63,449 nt of DNA, filler included, from Folioceros fuciformis (GCA_049999805.1; 6 parts of 6 records of this genome joined end to end with filler, not necessarily neighbours in it), one strand, 5' to 3'; counted from the whole stretch's first letter, positions 22,287-36,347 are shown. Program-made: numbers and translations. Notes: generated from the sequence alone by a model not told the origin.

Positions 22287-25200
22287 CTACAGCTTTCTGA
22301 CACTCTTTAGTACTCTTACAGTCATCACTAACTCTTCCCGCTGAGCCTCGACCTCAGCAAATTGCAAGCTCATTCGCGAATATCTCTCCTTCATGTCCTT
22401 CAGCTCCTCTCCAAGCACAGCTGTCTGCCTCTTGAACGTCAGAAGGTCCCGGATAACCTGGTCTACATCTCCGAAATTTTGGAGAGCCGCGGAGTGAACA
22501 TTCTGCTGCTCGGCAAATGCACTGTTCAGAACATCCAGCAATAGGTAAGCGAGAATTGAAGCATATATTAGAATATCACCAGCAAACGCCCCAACAGCAA
22601 ACACCTTCGTCGTGTATCTAAAAGGAAATATAATATATTAATATGCAAAGCTAACTAACCAGCTTGAGGACTCTACATTGTGATTATTTTTCTTTTCGCA
22701 AGAATGCTCACTGAAAAAACACATTTCAAGTGCGCATATCTAGATTTCACGATGGACCACATACCTCCGCAGCTGTGATTTGTACATATTATTGGCCTCC
22801 AGAGCTTCCGCCAGTTCAGTCTCTAAAACTATGACCCTCTCCAGAATGTCTCCATTTTTACTGGCCTCTTTGAATTTTATCAGCTTACACTCGTGCTGCT
22901 GACATAACTGCACATGAGCATCCAAGCCATTACGATACCTCATCATCCTTGGCGAATCACTAGATGCTTGTCAGGTGGCTTCAGGGGGGTAACAGCTGTG
23001 CAGCAACAAGTAGGTGGCAAACCTCAAGGAGACGTTGGATTTCTCCTCTAAGGACTTCTTGGGAACTAAGCTGTGACTGAAGTCCCTGTTCTCTGCGCGC
23101 GAGCGAAGAATTTTGTGTCTGCAGCCAGGTGAACTGATGCCCCACAGGTTAGTCTTGCAGATAGTTAAGGACAGCGTGCCCCAATGCACACACTTAGCCA
23201 TATTTTATCAGATGACACGATGCGGTTAGAATCAAACCTCTGCCTGCACTTGGTTTGATCCCAAATCTGAACCTCCCTGTGCAAGTTGCTCACTGGCTGC
23301 TTCCAACAGTTCTATTCTGTTGCAAAGAAGTCTCTCTTTCCCTTGGAAGTCCTGCTTAAGTGATTCCAAAGTTGATGTCTTGGACCTAAGTTCAACCTGG
23401 TTAAAAACATACGCCCAAAATTATCCAGGCTTCAGATGCTAAACTTGCGGCAGACACATCCTTCTTATTAATAGAACCACAATACCAAACTCAGTCAACA
23501 CAACCATGCATCTTCACCTCCAGAAATTTCACTTTATCCCGTAAGTCACCAAGTTCCATGGATTCCCGAGCAGGAGACAAAGGCCCAACTCTACTGTTCG
23601 ACCTCGACAATGACCTTGACAACCGACCCCCTGAAGCTGCTCTGCTGATTTCATCGTCCTTCTCCTTCAGTCTTCTCTCGGCTGCTAGAAGAGCGCTCAC
23701 TTTACATTGAAGGTCATCCTCTAATATTTTAACTTTCTTGCAGAATTCCTCTTTTTCCTCTTCAAATTCAGATACTTTACGCCTAAAATCAGCATTCTGT
23801 CTTTTAAGTCGAAGAGTCTCAGTTCGCTGTTCAGCCTCAAGAGATCTTGCTGCTTCCTGAGCATCCAGTTCAGACTTCAGACGAAGAAGTTTTTCATCAA
23901 CTGCCCTCTTAGCTCGGATAGAGTCGTCCACCTCTGCCAATGCCTCGCTGAGACGCTTTGACAAGCTGCTTTTCTCACCTTCAGCAGCCAGCAGGTCAAA
24001 ATGTGCTATCCTCAGAGACTCTTGCAGTAGATTCCTGTCTGAGATGGAGTTCTGAAGAAGACCTTCCAAGCTTGTTCGCTCTTTTTTTAGCACCTCCACT
24101 TCTTGGGCTATAACCAGTAGCTCATCCCTCTCACTAGCAAGTCTTTCACATTCTCTTGCAAGAGTCTGCAGCTCTTTGTCAAGTTTCTCCAACCTGTCCT
24201 GTAAGCACTTGTTAGCTTCTCTCATGATCTCAAGCTCTTTAGCTGTAACCGCCAACCTATTGGTTGCCTCAAGCTCCCTAGCTTTTGAGGCATCCGACTG
24301 AAGCTTAAGTTCACCAAGCTTGGCTTNNNNNNNNNNNNNNNNNNNNNNNNNNNNNNNNNNNNNNNNNNNNNNNNNNNNNNNNNNNNNNNNNNNNNNNNNN
24401 NNNNNNNNNNNNNNNNNNNNNNNNNNTGAAGCTTCAGCAATACAATGTTTGTAATTTTCCTTAATTTCTTGCAGAACCTCCTCCATGTCTGAGTTTTGAG
24501 CACGTAGTTTTGAAGCTTCAATAAGTGCTTGAGAGGCCAGCTTCTCTTTCTCGTCTGAGGTTGATGACATCTGCTCGGTAAGTCTCTTTACTTCCTGCTG
24601 CATTTGGTCAACCACACCTACTTTCTCTAAGCTGATCCTCCTCAGACCCTCTTCAGCCTTCCAAGCTCTTTCTTCTAGATCTTTCCTGCAGACATTCACC
24701 AGCTGACAGAGAAGTTCCTGCTTTTCATCAGTTTCGCATTTCAATCTCACTAACGCTGCTTCAAGAAGGTTGATTTCAGCCTTTGCAGCACAATTGTCTA
24801 CATTCAGCTTGTTCAGTGCAGCCTCAAGCACAAAGGCATGCTTCAACGCATCGCTGGCCCTGGTTTCTGATACCCTGACGGACTGTTCCAGTGCATTGTT
24901 CTGAACCTTCAGCTCCTCAACAAAGGCCTCCAGATTTTGATGCGCAATTTTTTGGGCATGCAACTCGTGTGCTGATCCTGCAGCATTTGCAGTTAATTCT
25001 ACCAACCTTAGGTGATGCTGCTTGATGGTCTCGTCCAGACACAAGTCAACCTTTGCTTTGTCCGATTGGAGGTCCATTAGACGGGCTGCTAGATCCTCTT
25101 TGCCAAGCTTGTAAGTCTCCTTCTCCTCAGTGATGTACCGGAGTTGTGCTTCTAGTCCAGATATCCTCTCCAGATGATGAAAGTTCTCACGGTCTAAGTC

Positions 25201-28200
25201 GGCAATCTGCAACTCCATATCCTCTTTGGCACCCTCCAATTCCAACAACCGTCTCTCAGAGTTCTTATTTACTGCCAAGGCTGAATCAAGCTCTTTCCTC
25301 AAAGAATTCACCTCATGCACTAAATGTTCTGCTTTTTCACTTGCAACCCTTATATCGGCCGATGACTTGTGCAGATGTTGCTCAAATTCATCCTTCTCAC
25401 TCGCCAATGCTAACATTTTATACTCAATATCCTTGTTAAGAGATCGTGCCGAGTCTACTTCTTCAGTCAAAACTGACAAGTGAACCTCCATTTCTTCTAT
25501 TCGTGAGCTGCTCAATCTGCCAGCCTCCTGCGCATCCTGAAACATGCAGGTCAACTCGGCTTTTTCTGCTTCAAGAGAAGCAACCTTGAGGAGTGACTGT
25601 TCAAAGTTACTTGTGACTTCCTCCAATAACTTCTGACTGTGCATGCTCTCATCCACAGATGCCCTTAATGTTCTTTCCAGATGCACCTTCGACCGTTCAA
25701 GGTCGGTGACCTTAACTGCCATTTCTCGGCTTGTTGCTCCATAAACAGCAATTTCCTGCAGCAGCTCTGCAATCTCTAGCTCACGTGCCTGAACTTTACT
25801 GCCGAATTCATGCCCTGTTTTCTCTGCACGCTGCAACTTCTCAATCAGAAGACTCCTTTCTTTGTCCAGCTCCTGCAGTCTCTGTTCTGCCACAGAATTG
25901 GAGGTTAGTAGTTCTTGGAGTTGCCGTCTTGCACTGACCAGTTCCTTGTCAACCAACAAATGTTCTTCGTCACGCCTGACCAATGTTCCTTCATGCATCC
26001 TGACCAGTTCTTGATGACTTAGCAGTAATTCTCTTTCTTTCTCAAAGGATGCTACCTCTTTAGCAGCCACCTCCAGGTTGGTCTCAAGCGCACAGATTTT
26101 CTGTGTAGCTTCTTTCAGTCTACTTTCTAAGTGTGCATTTGCTGCTCGTAGGTCTGCAGCCAAAGAGTGAACATCGTCTAGAAGTCTCTGATTACTTCCA
26201 AGCTGTCCTCTGGAAGCATCCTCAGTTGCTTGATGGTGGATAACAACATGCTTGGAAATAGATTTAAGCTGGCTAACCTCATCAGGATCTTCAACAATGG
26301 CACCGATATTTGGTGGAGAAAGTTCTTGAACAGAAGAACCTGAAAGTTCGGTGACCTCCGCTTGCAAGTCAGCCACCAATGTGCACTTTGCATTCAATTC
26401 TGCCTCTGCTTCGCTGAGATTGGTATGGAGGTGCATGTTCTCAGTAGCCACGTCCCTTGCATCAAATTCAAGGTTCTCCAGCTTCTGCTGCCGATGTCCT
26501 ACCTTCTGCTCCAAGCTCTGAACTGACTGATACCCTCCTTGGACATCTGCTTTACGTGAGTTGACTGGCAAACTTGAATCAACAATTGCGCGCTGCACTT
26601 CCAGCCCATCAAGGTGTTGATCTTCGTGCTTCGATATCCCCTCAAACTCTAATTCGCTGTGTCTTTGCTGCTCGCGTACAAATGAATTGAGCTCATTATT
26701 TGTCACCTTGAGACTGTCTAGCTCTTTCTTTTGCTCATCTAGAGTCTCTTCCATGTCTTTGATTGCAAGTACTAGCTCCATGCTTGAATCTTGTGTTTTT
26801 TGCAGTTGCAGCTTCAGGTTGATGTTCATCTCCTTTTGGTAAGCAATTTCCTCTTCCATCTCTTTAATCACGTGCTTGGCATCCTCAGCTTGCCTACTCG
26901 CATAATCTTCTCCACTTTCTCTCTCTTGAGAAGCCACCTTCTCACATTGAAGCTGGTCCAGCTCCAATTGAAGCCTATCTCGTTCTGCTGTCAGGGCAGA
27001 CTTCTCAACATCAACCTGGGCCCCGTGCTTGACCTGAGCTGCAAGCTTTTGTTTCAATGACTCAACTTCCAGGCTCCACTTTTGTGCCTGTCTCTGCCAG
27101 GTTATAGACTCTGATCGGAGCTCCTCTATTGTTATTTCAGCAGCTTCTAGATCTATTTGAAGAGCGCTATGGCCTTCCTGGTGTGCTATCGGCTGCGTGC
27201 GTGATGCATCATCCGTACCTTTGCCATGAAGAGGTCGATCTCCTAGCCTACCATGTAAATCCTGCCAGACATTTTTCTGCAATTGAACACTGGGAACGGC
27301 TGATACCTGAACAGCTCTTGCAACAGAAGATGCAGAACTGTTCAAATCTTGAAAGTTTCCACCCCTGCTAATTCCATCCCTACTTGCAGTCCTCGTGTGT
27401 CGTCCCGGCAAACTATTAACTGAGCCAGTGGGAGATGGTATGTCTGAATTGTTGAAACTTCGCCCACTTCCATTGATACTCGAGGGTGTTGATGGAACCT
27501 CCAATGAGTCTGAGCTGTATCGGAGATGAGACAGGCCTGACCCATCCTAGAAAGTTCAAACAGACAAGCAGAACAAGATCCTGATTGCAGGTGTGACAAG
27601 AACATAATGCCTAGCATTAACTTGGACTACATCAGTGAAGCAGAACCTGTAAATAGTATTACACTATTATTAGGTCCAATCCAAGTGCTGGCTCACATAC
27701 AAGGGAATCGTAGCTTGCTCTACTCACCTTGGTATAGAGTCGATTTGGTGAAACGGTTCCATTGTCGGCCTGCAAATTATAAGGGCAAGCTTCACGTTAG
27801 AAGAGTTCTAGGTACAATTGCTGTCTGCAACAAACAGCCTTTGTCCAACATATATTGTACGTTCATTTCAAGTCACCTTCACAGGATTGGAACCAGCTGG
27901 GACCTGGCCAGATGGAGAAGGCATACTCGTAGAGGTGTAATTTTCTGATAAATCCGAGTCATCAAGATCTTCATCACTGGCAAACTCTTCATCAGCCTTA
28001 TCACCTAGATAAATGCCCCTCTCTGCGAGATCTCTGCTACCAGACTGCACATAGGCCGGAGGCCTTCACCACTCTCCACGTAAGCAAATGCTGAGCACTG
28101 AACAATTCGTGAGCTATACTCGTGAACAGCTTACACCAACGCCGTTACCTTAAGCTAGCTTTCAGCGTGATACACTGAATATTCACCTGAAATTAACCAT

Positions 28201-29120
28201 AGAAGTAGTAAGTACAGCATGAGCTCTTCACAAATCTACAAGTTATGTGCAAAAACGCACAACCTATGATTCTGTGCAGTACATGTGTACGAGTATCTGT
28301 AGGCGTGCATTAGATTTCAGATAACATCTCAGCTGGGTGAAACAGCACTCAACCACAGAAACTGGGTTTTGAAATAGTACGTGCAGCACTGTGCCAGTGG
28401 TGCAATTCTTCAGAGGCAGAGCAATTTGGGCCGGGTCATTTGAGATTGCGTATTCCGCCAAATTCACTGTAGTTTCTCCCAACATTCCGGATCTGGAGGA
28501 TCCCTGCACAAGTTGGGGATGGTGGAAGTTTCTATTCAGCTGTGTAGAGAGACAGCAGAGCAAAAGTTAAATGTATGCAGTCCTTGAGAGCTGAAGTACC
28601 ATTGAGACCACCAATTTGTAAAGTCTGTCCTCGTACTCTTTCGTTTTGACATCTTGCACAAGTCTTGTGGACTCGATCACAGAGTCAAGCCACTGGCAAT
28701 TGCCGTTTCTCACGTTAGCCTTGGGTGTTTTAATGACCGCTTTACCTGTTTCAATGGGGACAAGGGACACGACTAGCTTGTCCCATCCGCTTAGTGGCAC
28801 CTGTAAACATCCAGAGCACAACCGTGAGAACACATGTAGGAGGGGCCTCGCAGGCGTGAGATCGATCCAGGGCAGCTAAGAACTCGTGGATTTGCTGCCA
28901 GAGCTCGGTCCTCGGCAGATAACAACTCGTGGATTAGCTGCCAGAGCTCAATCCATGGCGCAAAGCAATCGGGGCCAGATATTGTTTAAGAAGAAGGAGA
29001 ACGAGAGGGACGGGAGAAACCAAAACCCGGCACAGTGCTGACCCGTGTGGCATGGAACCGAAACTTGAAGTCCACTTTCTCCTTCACCTTCTCGGACCTT
29101 TTCTTTAAGGTCTTGAACAT
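22287..29120 (-). CDS. NT-C2 (EEIG1/EHBP1-type) domain protein with long coiled coil ('myosin heavy chain-related'), multi-exon, internal gap
   Basis: MFKTLKKRSEKVKEKVDFKFRFHATR|VPLSGWDKLVVSLVP...GNCQW...|GSSRSGMLGETTVNLAEY...LPLKNC; a ~4-kb heptad-rich exon; family C-terminus LKDMKERYSRMSLQFAEVEAQREELVM. Confidence 0.88.
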
Positions 29121-29585
29121 CTTGGCCTCCAGATTTGTCTAGGTCATAGAGATGGGCCATTCCAAAGAACTCGATCGCCCAATCTGCTCACGAACTGAAA
29201 AACCCATTCCCAACTGAGTGCACACGATCCCTGCTCTCTAGGAAGGTGAAACCCATTACACGAACGCCAATCAGCACTGGGTGATCAACCCTGGTTCGTG
29301 TGCAACTGAAAAGTTCGCGGGCGCTATTGGGAACCTCCACCAACAGAGTATATCAGTTCAATTCCTCCACCTGCCTACGCAAAGATAGCAGCAGGTCTTT
29401 TCAACATAAGAGATGGAAGAGCAAAGTGCTGTGGTTCCTCGAAAACTGCGACCAATGTTTCGTCCAACAGCCTCGTGTGCTTCAACACGACGCTTCGGTG
29501 TTGCCATTTGCCAGAGACGTATGCTACGGGATCGACCCGGGCCCACCTCAGACCCAATACCCTAGGTACGCTGGATCTGCATCTT

Positions 29586-31160
29586 CTAACCTTGAGGCAG
29601 GCGTTTGAGTCCTTCGTTCTCTCGTCTCAGCTTCAATATCTTCCGCTTGAGGGCCTCGAGATGCCTACTACTGTGCAACTGACTGATCAAGTCTTCCTCC
29701 AACCTTGCTGTGGCTGCCAGTGCTGACGACGAGGCATACATAGGTACGTCCGTAGGGTAGTAAGTAGATGTATAAACGGCGTACATTAATTTGTAAACCC
29801 ATGTCCGTGAGCTATAGGTAACTATGTATACAAGTAGGTTCATATATATGAAAAAAAGAAAAATCGTCCGAAGTCCAGATGGATGGAAATTCTGTGAAGT
29901 TTCACTCACCACACAGACGGAATTCCGACTCTCTTACCACATGGATGGAATTTCCGTACACACACCAAAGATGTGGACACATCTACAGTACATAGGTAGG
30001 CTTTGTAGTATACCATATGTATCGGTCCCCTGATGTTGCGCTACACGCAGCTCCTGCCAGCTTGAGGACTCCTCCTTCTGTAGCTTCTTGGAGAGTCTTT
30101 CACGCTCGCCTGGGGACACAGCAAAAGAGGAACTTGCTATGAAAGTAGAACTCTGCCTTCACAGATGGATTTCATAACATATTCTTGTGATCGTACCTTT
30201 CATATGCAGGTCTCCATTGACGCGATGCACATCACATGGAAGCGAGCCCGCAGACACAGTTAACTCTTCAGCCTGCTGCACCAACTCGGCTGCCCTACTG
30301 TGGCTCAGCGCTAGCTCACTCTCAAGGCCACTGCATCTTTCGCACAAAAAAGCTGCGGTACCCCGTCAAAGCTACAAGAAAATGAGCTCGCTTGAATTGC
30401 AGGTGAGTTGCGGTCACCTGATTCTAAGGTGGAGCTCAAGGACTTGAGATTCATGCTTCGATGGACACTCGGTCGTTGAAACTGCCGACTCCTGAGAAAA
30501 AGGGAACAGATGAGAGGAGTTCAATGAATCCCCAGGATATGACATTCAACAATCTACAATGGCCAAGAGAGAGACTTGTGATCGCTCATCCATGTGTTGC
30601 TCCATCGCTTTCACTTTCTCGACCAGCAGATGATACTTGGCTCGACATTCCGCCTACACATCACATGATAAATGAATCCCTGGTTCACGAGATTCCTGGT
30701 GTCGACACTACAACTTCAAGTCACGTCTCTTCGCGTGTCGCGTTACCTGCCCAGCCTTTTCCAGTAGACTTTCCTTTTGAAACGTTGAAAGACGATTCTT
30801 ATCTGCAGCAACTCCTCAGTAGCACCTCACATACGAGTTTGCAAAGTGGACGGGGTGTATCATGGCAGCATCTTTATGTCACTCGTACCTCTGTACAGAC
30901 TTGCACACCGCATATCTGTTGCTTCCCTTCTTCCCACTTCAGACGCAAGACAGGCATTGAGAGACAACACTTGAGCCCGCGTGCCTCTGTGCACCTGATC
31001 TCGGCCAAATCGGATGAGCATAAATTCCATGCAGCTCATAATGAAAGATTTGAGGAAAGCGATAACAGAAGAGCGGGCGGATACCGTAATGCTGGACACT
31101 CACACGTTGCAGCGACGCAATGTCCTGCATGACGAGCTCCAATTGTGTATCGTCTGTCAT
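29586..31160 (-). CDS. 4/1: At-4/1-like coiled-coil protein, 245 aa, 8 exons (31160-31104, 30994-30889, 30802-30747, 30653-30576, 30491-30418, 30330-30197, 30109-30014, 29722-29586)
   Basis: All seven GT-AG introns are in phase. EVGRREA, KHESQVLELHLRI and C-terminal SSRHLEALKRKILKLRRENEGLKRL match the At-4/1 sequence as I recall it (ESSRREV, KHVTKVEELEYKI, SNRQVETLKQKLMKLRKENEILKRKL). Confidence 0.82.
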
Positions 31161-31664
31161 CGTCCTGCCTCAGGAGAATTATCGAACATTAGCTGTGAAC
31201 TTGCCCTGTAAACCGTTCCATTAACCAAAACAGTTAACCCTCGTAATGGGCCCAGCAAGTTTCCGCCATAATGACCGGGCTCGAGGCCTAGTTCCCTCAT
31301 AAATGGGCTAAATGTGAAATTTCTTCAGGACAATGTCATACTCAAATATAGATTTTGTAAAAAAGGGTGCTTAAGTAACCACGCAGTTAGAAGCCAAAGC
31401 AAGGGTGAGTTTTAAACACCGGACACAGCACTAGGCCTCCAAGTAGCCCGCCCTCCTCTTCTAGGAGGACTCGCAGCCAGCACCCTTGTTGCTGCTCTTT
31501 ATTCAAATCACTAGTCAACAAGAACATACAGAGCTGGAGGGCTAGAGAGAACTCCCATCTTTGTCTAAGCTGGGAGTTTAGCTCTCCCTTCTCTTGGCCT
31601 CCTCCCATCCTCCCACAGCTCCTTCACAGCACCTTTCATGTGCTCTCACAGCACAAGCAACACA

Positions 31665-31788
31665 TGCTCTCAAGGCATAGCCCAAGCACCCAGTGCTCTC
31701 AAGGCATAGCCCAAGCACCCAGTGCTCTCAAGGCATAGCCCAAGCACCCAGTGCTCTCAAGGCATAGCCCAAGCACCCAGTGCTCTCA
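31665..31788. repeat. 29-bp tandem repeat (GTGCTCTCAAGGCATAGCCCAAGCACCCA, >=4 copies, runs into a gap)
   Basis: Read directly from the sequence. Confidence 0.92.
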
Positions 31789-32570
31789 NNNNNNNNNNNN
31801 NNNNNNNNNNNNNNNNNNNNNNNNNNNNNNNNNNNNNNNNNNNNNNNNNNNNNNNNNNNNNNNNNNNNNNNNNNNNNNNNNNNNNNNNTCAAGGCTTTGA
31901 GGAGATACTGATCTCAACTCCACTGTACTGAACTTGCCTTAGCCCTTGGCTAGGTCCCCTTTTATACACAAGCTCAAGTCACTAACTTAGCAACTACTTA
32001 CTTAAGCATTTACTTAAGCCTTAAGCTATTATTCACTACCACACACTTTTTCCTAGGGCTGCATGCTTCTCATGCTCTTAGTAACTTGCTCTGCTAAACA
32101 TGCCTCTGCATGGAGCTTACTTGCTTGGCACTCAAACCAACGTTGTTACTGCTTAACACCATCACAACCGAACAACTTAAATTTGCTTGGTAATGGAAAA
32201 ATGAGTTTAAGCTAAAAAATAAAATATGAATGTAAAAAATAACTTAAAATTTTAATGGAAAAAGCTGTTGTATTAAACATGCATTTGTTGCAAGCGTCAT
32301 GCATAACTCCTAGTGTGTGGGGTTATGTTGCATACTTCATGCAAAACTTCTAGATAGTAAATTGTTACAATCACTGATATTCATGGGTGGATGAGTGATG
32401 TGCATGGATCCTAGAAATAGGAGCTAGCTAGCTAAGGTTAATATGTGGCATATTGTTGTCTCAACCTCCTCCTTGCTTCATGAATTCTGTCCTCTACTTC
32501 CCTCTCCTCTAAATACAACTTTGTAAGTTATTGTTTGGCTTCTCTCACTTTGTATTGCTTGTGTGCATAT

Positions 32571-32775
32571 GGCATCTACAGCGCTACCTCCTGCATCTCT
32601 ACAAACCTCCAAATGTCATATAGTGTCTACCTCCTTGCCTTCTACATCTCTACACTTCTCTGAATGTCATAAGGTGTCTACCTCGCTACCTCCTCCATCT
32701 CTACAGTCCTCCAAATGTCCTACAGTGTCTCTTTCACTGCCTCCTGCATCTCTACAATCCTCTAAATATCATATG
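32571..32775. repeat. Degenerate 51-bp tandem repeat, 4 copies
   Basis: 17-aa periodicity in ORF 32563-32778 (VSTSLPPxSLQSSKCH). Confidence 0.75.
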
Positions 32776-33996
32776 TGAAGACTTGGGGCACCTTATTACT
32801 CCTTTGAGGTATGGATCAGTCATACAACCACTCTCCAAGCCTAGTAATTGCATAGTCACTCCAAGTTCTCCATTCGTCTACCATGCCCTGGCCACTCCAG
32901 CCCTGAATAGTTTCCTAGCCAACCTTGGGTGATGGTTATCCCTTTGTGGTTGCCGTTCTATTGCCACTTGCACCCCTCCTCCCTCCTCACTTCACTATGC
33001 TACTTAGGTTCCTTTAAGTATGCCAAATTCCTTACCTCACTCCCCAAGCTTGGGAGTTCCTATCCACCCATGGCCCCAATGGAACCTACAACATGCTCAT
33101 CTCCTTTAGGCTACTCGTGGGTTTCTCTCTTGGCAGCTTGTGCCTTCCACCTAGGGCATTTGGCTACCATGTCTGCCACCGTAATGCGTGACAGAGAGGG
33201 CTATATAGCCCTTTCCACCTCTCGTGTTCATCCCCCCTGCAACAAGCCACCAAAACATTAGTAGTTAGCACCCTCAGCTAGTCCCCATGACAAAAGGGCG
33301 CCATGCCTTGAACACTGAGACCCTAAACATCACCCTCACCCCTATCCAACGGTTACCACATATTTTGTCCACGTGTAGTGGCAGTTTTGTACAACTGGTA
33401 CTTAGGGTGGAGACTAAGGGGAAGAGGAGAGGGAAGAAGAGGAAACTCGGTGGAAGTAGGAGCCATGGCGGAGAAGAAAGGGGCAAGGATGGGAGTAGGA
33501 ATAAAGGAGGAGAGGAAGGGGGTAGGGGAGAGACAGGATGAGAGGGAGAATTAGAGGACCACCAAAGTACCAAGTATCCTATGGAGTTGTCAATCTCANN
33601 NNNNNNNNNNNNNNNNNNNNNNNNNNNNNNNNNNNNNNNNNNNNNNNNNNNNNNNNNNNNNNNNNNNNNNNNNNNNNNNNNNNNNNNNNNNNNNNNNNCC
33701 AAAGTACCAAGTATCCTATGGAGTTGTCAATCTCACGGTTGAGGCTACACAATCCGCGGTCGTTGTAGTAGCAATCTCAAAGTTTGTCCCCATGAGTCCA
33801 ATGTCATGCTGGAAGCAGCTATCTACTCAACTACTCTATCACTCAACTTAAAATAGCAACTACAAGTCAATCTCAATACACACATTTTTTTAAGGAAGTG
33901 GCTAGAAACCACCACATGTTAAAGGAGAGAAGTGTCTCCATCCACTACACGCTCCTCTAGCTTTTACATTGGCCATGCATGACCATTGAACTAATT

Positions 33997-34679
33997 CTTT
34001 TCTCCAACCAGCGGTGTTGAGGCCACCAATGTTGGTAATCTTTTCTCCAACCAGAAGTGTTGAGGCCACCAATGTTGGTAATCTTTTCTCCAACCAGAAG
34101 TGTTGAGGCCACCAATGTTGGTTAATGGGTACCTCCACCAATGTTGGTTAGCTGGTACCTCCACCAATGTTGGTTAGCATGTACCTCCACCAATGTTGGG
34201 TAGTTGGTACCTCCACCAATGTTGGTTAGCTGGTACCTCCACCAATGTTGGTTAGCTGGTACCTCCACCAATGTTGGTTAGAAGTACCTCCACAAATGTT
34301 GGGTAGCTGGTACCTCCACCAATGTTGGTTAGCTGGTACCTCCACCAATGTTGGTTAACAGGTACCTCCACCAATGTTGGTTAGCAGGTACCTCCACCAA
34401 TGTTGGGTAGTTGGTACCTCCACCAATGTTGGGTAGTTGGTACCTCCACCAATGTTGGTTAGTTGGTACCTCCACCAATGTTGGTTAGCAGGTACCTCCA
34501 CCAATGTTGGTTAGTAGGTACCTCTACCAATGTTGGTTAGTAGGTACCTCTACCAATGTTGGTTAGCAGGTACCTCCACCAATGTTGGGTAGTTGGTACC
34601 TCCACCAATGTTGGTTAGCTGGTACCTCCACCAATGTTGGTTAGCAGGTACCTCCACCAAAGTTGGTTAGCAGTACCTC
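33997..34679. repeat. Compound minisatellite: 43-bp unit x3, then 26-bp unit (GGTACCTCCACCAATGTTGGTTAGCW) x~21
   Basis: Read directly; both units share the core CCACCAATGTTGGT. Confidence 0.95.
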
Positions 34680-35229
34680 GAAGACTCCTTCCCAAGGCTT
34701 TACCCCTTCAGCTAACGGCAATTTAGCTAACGGTAGCCACGGCAATTCAGCTAACGGTAACCACACCCATGATTGACGTTAGGGTGGCGTGAGAACTTAT
34801 AGGGCTCCAGGCCCACTAGTAAACCCGAAACCCGACCACAGCCCCTTCCTAACCACCTCCTCCAAGATGGTGGCACACACGCCAGCCAATGGGTCCGCCG
34901 CTGCTGTGAGGAAGAGCACTCCTTCGGGGCCAAGAGCTGAGAGAAGTGGCAATGTCTAACTAAGCTAGGAATGTTTTATGGACGGAGGCCTCCGCTACCA
35001 ACGGCGCTCGGCGTCCCTACTGACACATCTACAGCATCATGCAAGATCCTACACCTATCTAACATCCACACCACACCTAGCACGCTTACTTACTTTTGGA
35101 ATCTCGGTGCGCATCGGGCGTTTAATGAGAGATGGACTCTTGAGCAGGAAGTCCGCTCCTCCACTCTCATTTCGGCTGAGGGATTTGAGACCATTCCTAA
35201 AAAATCCTTCCACCAGATCGTGCTAACAT

Positions 35230-35708
35230 TGTCGAAGTCGGGCTACTTCAATGTGAAAGACAAGACCACAAGTTACGAGCTATGGCAGAAGATGTGTAAC
35301 CTATATGAGAAGCAAAGTGCGGCTTCTCAGGTGTACTAGTTGAAACAGTTGGTGGACTTGAAGATGAAGGAAGGGATGAGGATGTCCGCTCATAAGAGTG
35401 AGTTTAATATTATTTTCAGCCAGCTCTCATCTCAAGGTATCTCGTTCCCAGATTCCGCGAGAGCTATGTTTCTGTTGGTCACATTACCAGAGAGTTGGGA
35501 CACCTTTCGTATAGCTCTAAGTAATTCTGCTCCTGCCAATGGTCTCACCATTGTAAATATAGAAGGTAGCATGTTAACAGAGGAGGTGAACAAGAAGAAT
35601 ATGGAACCTTCGAAACGTTCCAATGCCCTCATGGTGAGAGGAAGGTCCACTTCAATAGGGAAGTATAAGGAGCGAAGTTTTTCCCATAGCAAATCTGATG
35701 AAATAGGG
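35230..35708 (+). mobile_element. Ty1/Copia gag fragment (Tnt1-like), with in-frame stop
   Basis: YELWQKMCNLYEKQSAASQVY*LKQLVDLKMKEG...AMFLLVTLPESWDTF...LTEE...ALMVRGRS. Confidence 0.8.
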
Positions 35709-35981
35709 TGTTGACCATATACACACCTAGAGTAAAGGGTTTAGGGTTTAGCCTTATCCATGATTAAATGAAATGTATACATATATACATGTAGCGAATA
35801 GACGTAATGTTTCGCTAGGGTTAGAACTATTAGTGAATAGCGACACCCGTTCGTAAAGTTAGTTTAAGTTGTCTTTTCACATAAGCAAGTTACTCTCTTT
35901 TTCTTGATTATCTAAGATGTAATCTATACAAATGGTATAATTGATTTACATTAGCCCTATATTTTGTTATGGTATCAGAGC
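35709..35981 (+). mobile_element. LTR-like segment followed by a tRNA-Met(i) primer-binding site
   Basis: Begins TGTTGA at 35709; TGGTATCAGAGC at 35970-35981. Confidence 0.6.
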
Positions 35982-36347
35982 ATGCTGATGTAGATCGCAT
36001 TCATGAGGATGCACATCCTGCTCTGCATTGAAAAAGATGCACGAGCACACAAGTTTTGTATTTTCTTGAACAGAAGAGAAGTTTATTTTCAAGAAACCAA
36101 AACATAATTAAGAACTGAACTTCAGAGTTGTAGAATTCTAGTTTTTATAGAGAAATACTAGAAGATGCAAATTAAGTGCATTTCTACATCACAAGTTCTT
36201 AGAAAAATAATAGAAGCAGCAAATTTAGTGCATTTCTATATCTACAATTCAGGCCATGTAAGTAAGATGGTCAATTCTGTAGCCTGGCCAAAACATAATT
36301 AAGAACTGAACTTTAGAGTTGTAGAATTCTAGTTTTTATAGAAAAAT

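Noticed and set aside
30461..31132. 223-aa plus-strand ORF
   Set aside because: It is antisense to the spliced 4/1 gene, which explains the region better.
33997..34679. CRISPR-like array (26-bp partly palindromic repeats)
   Set aside because: The units are head-to-tail with no unique spacers, there are no cas genes, and the context is eukaryotic.
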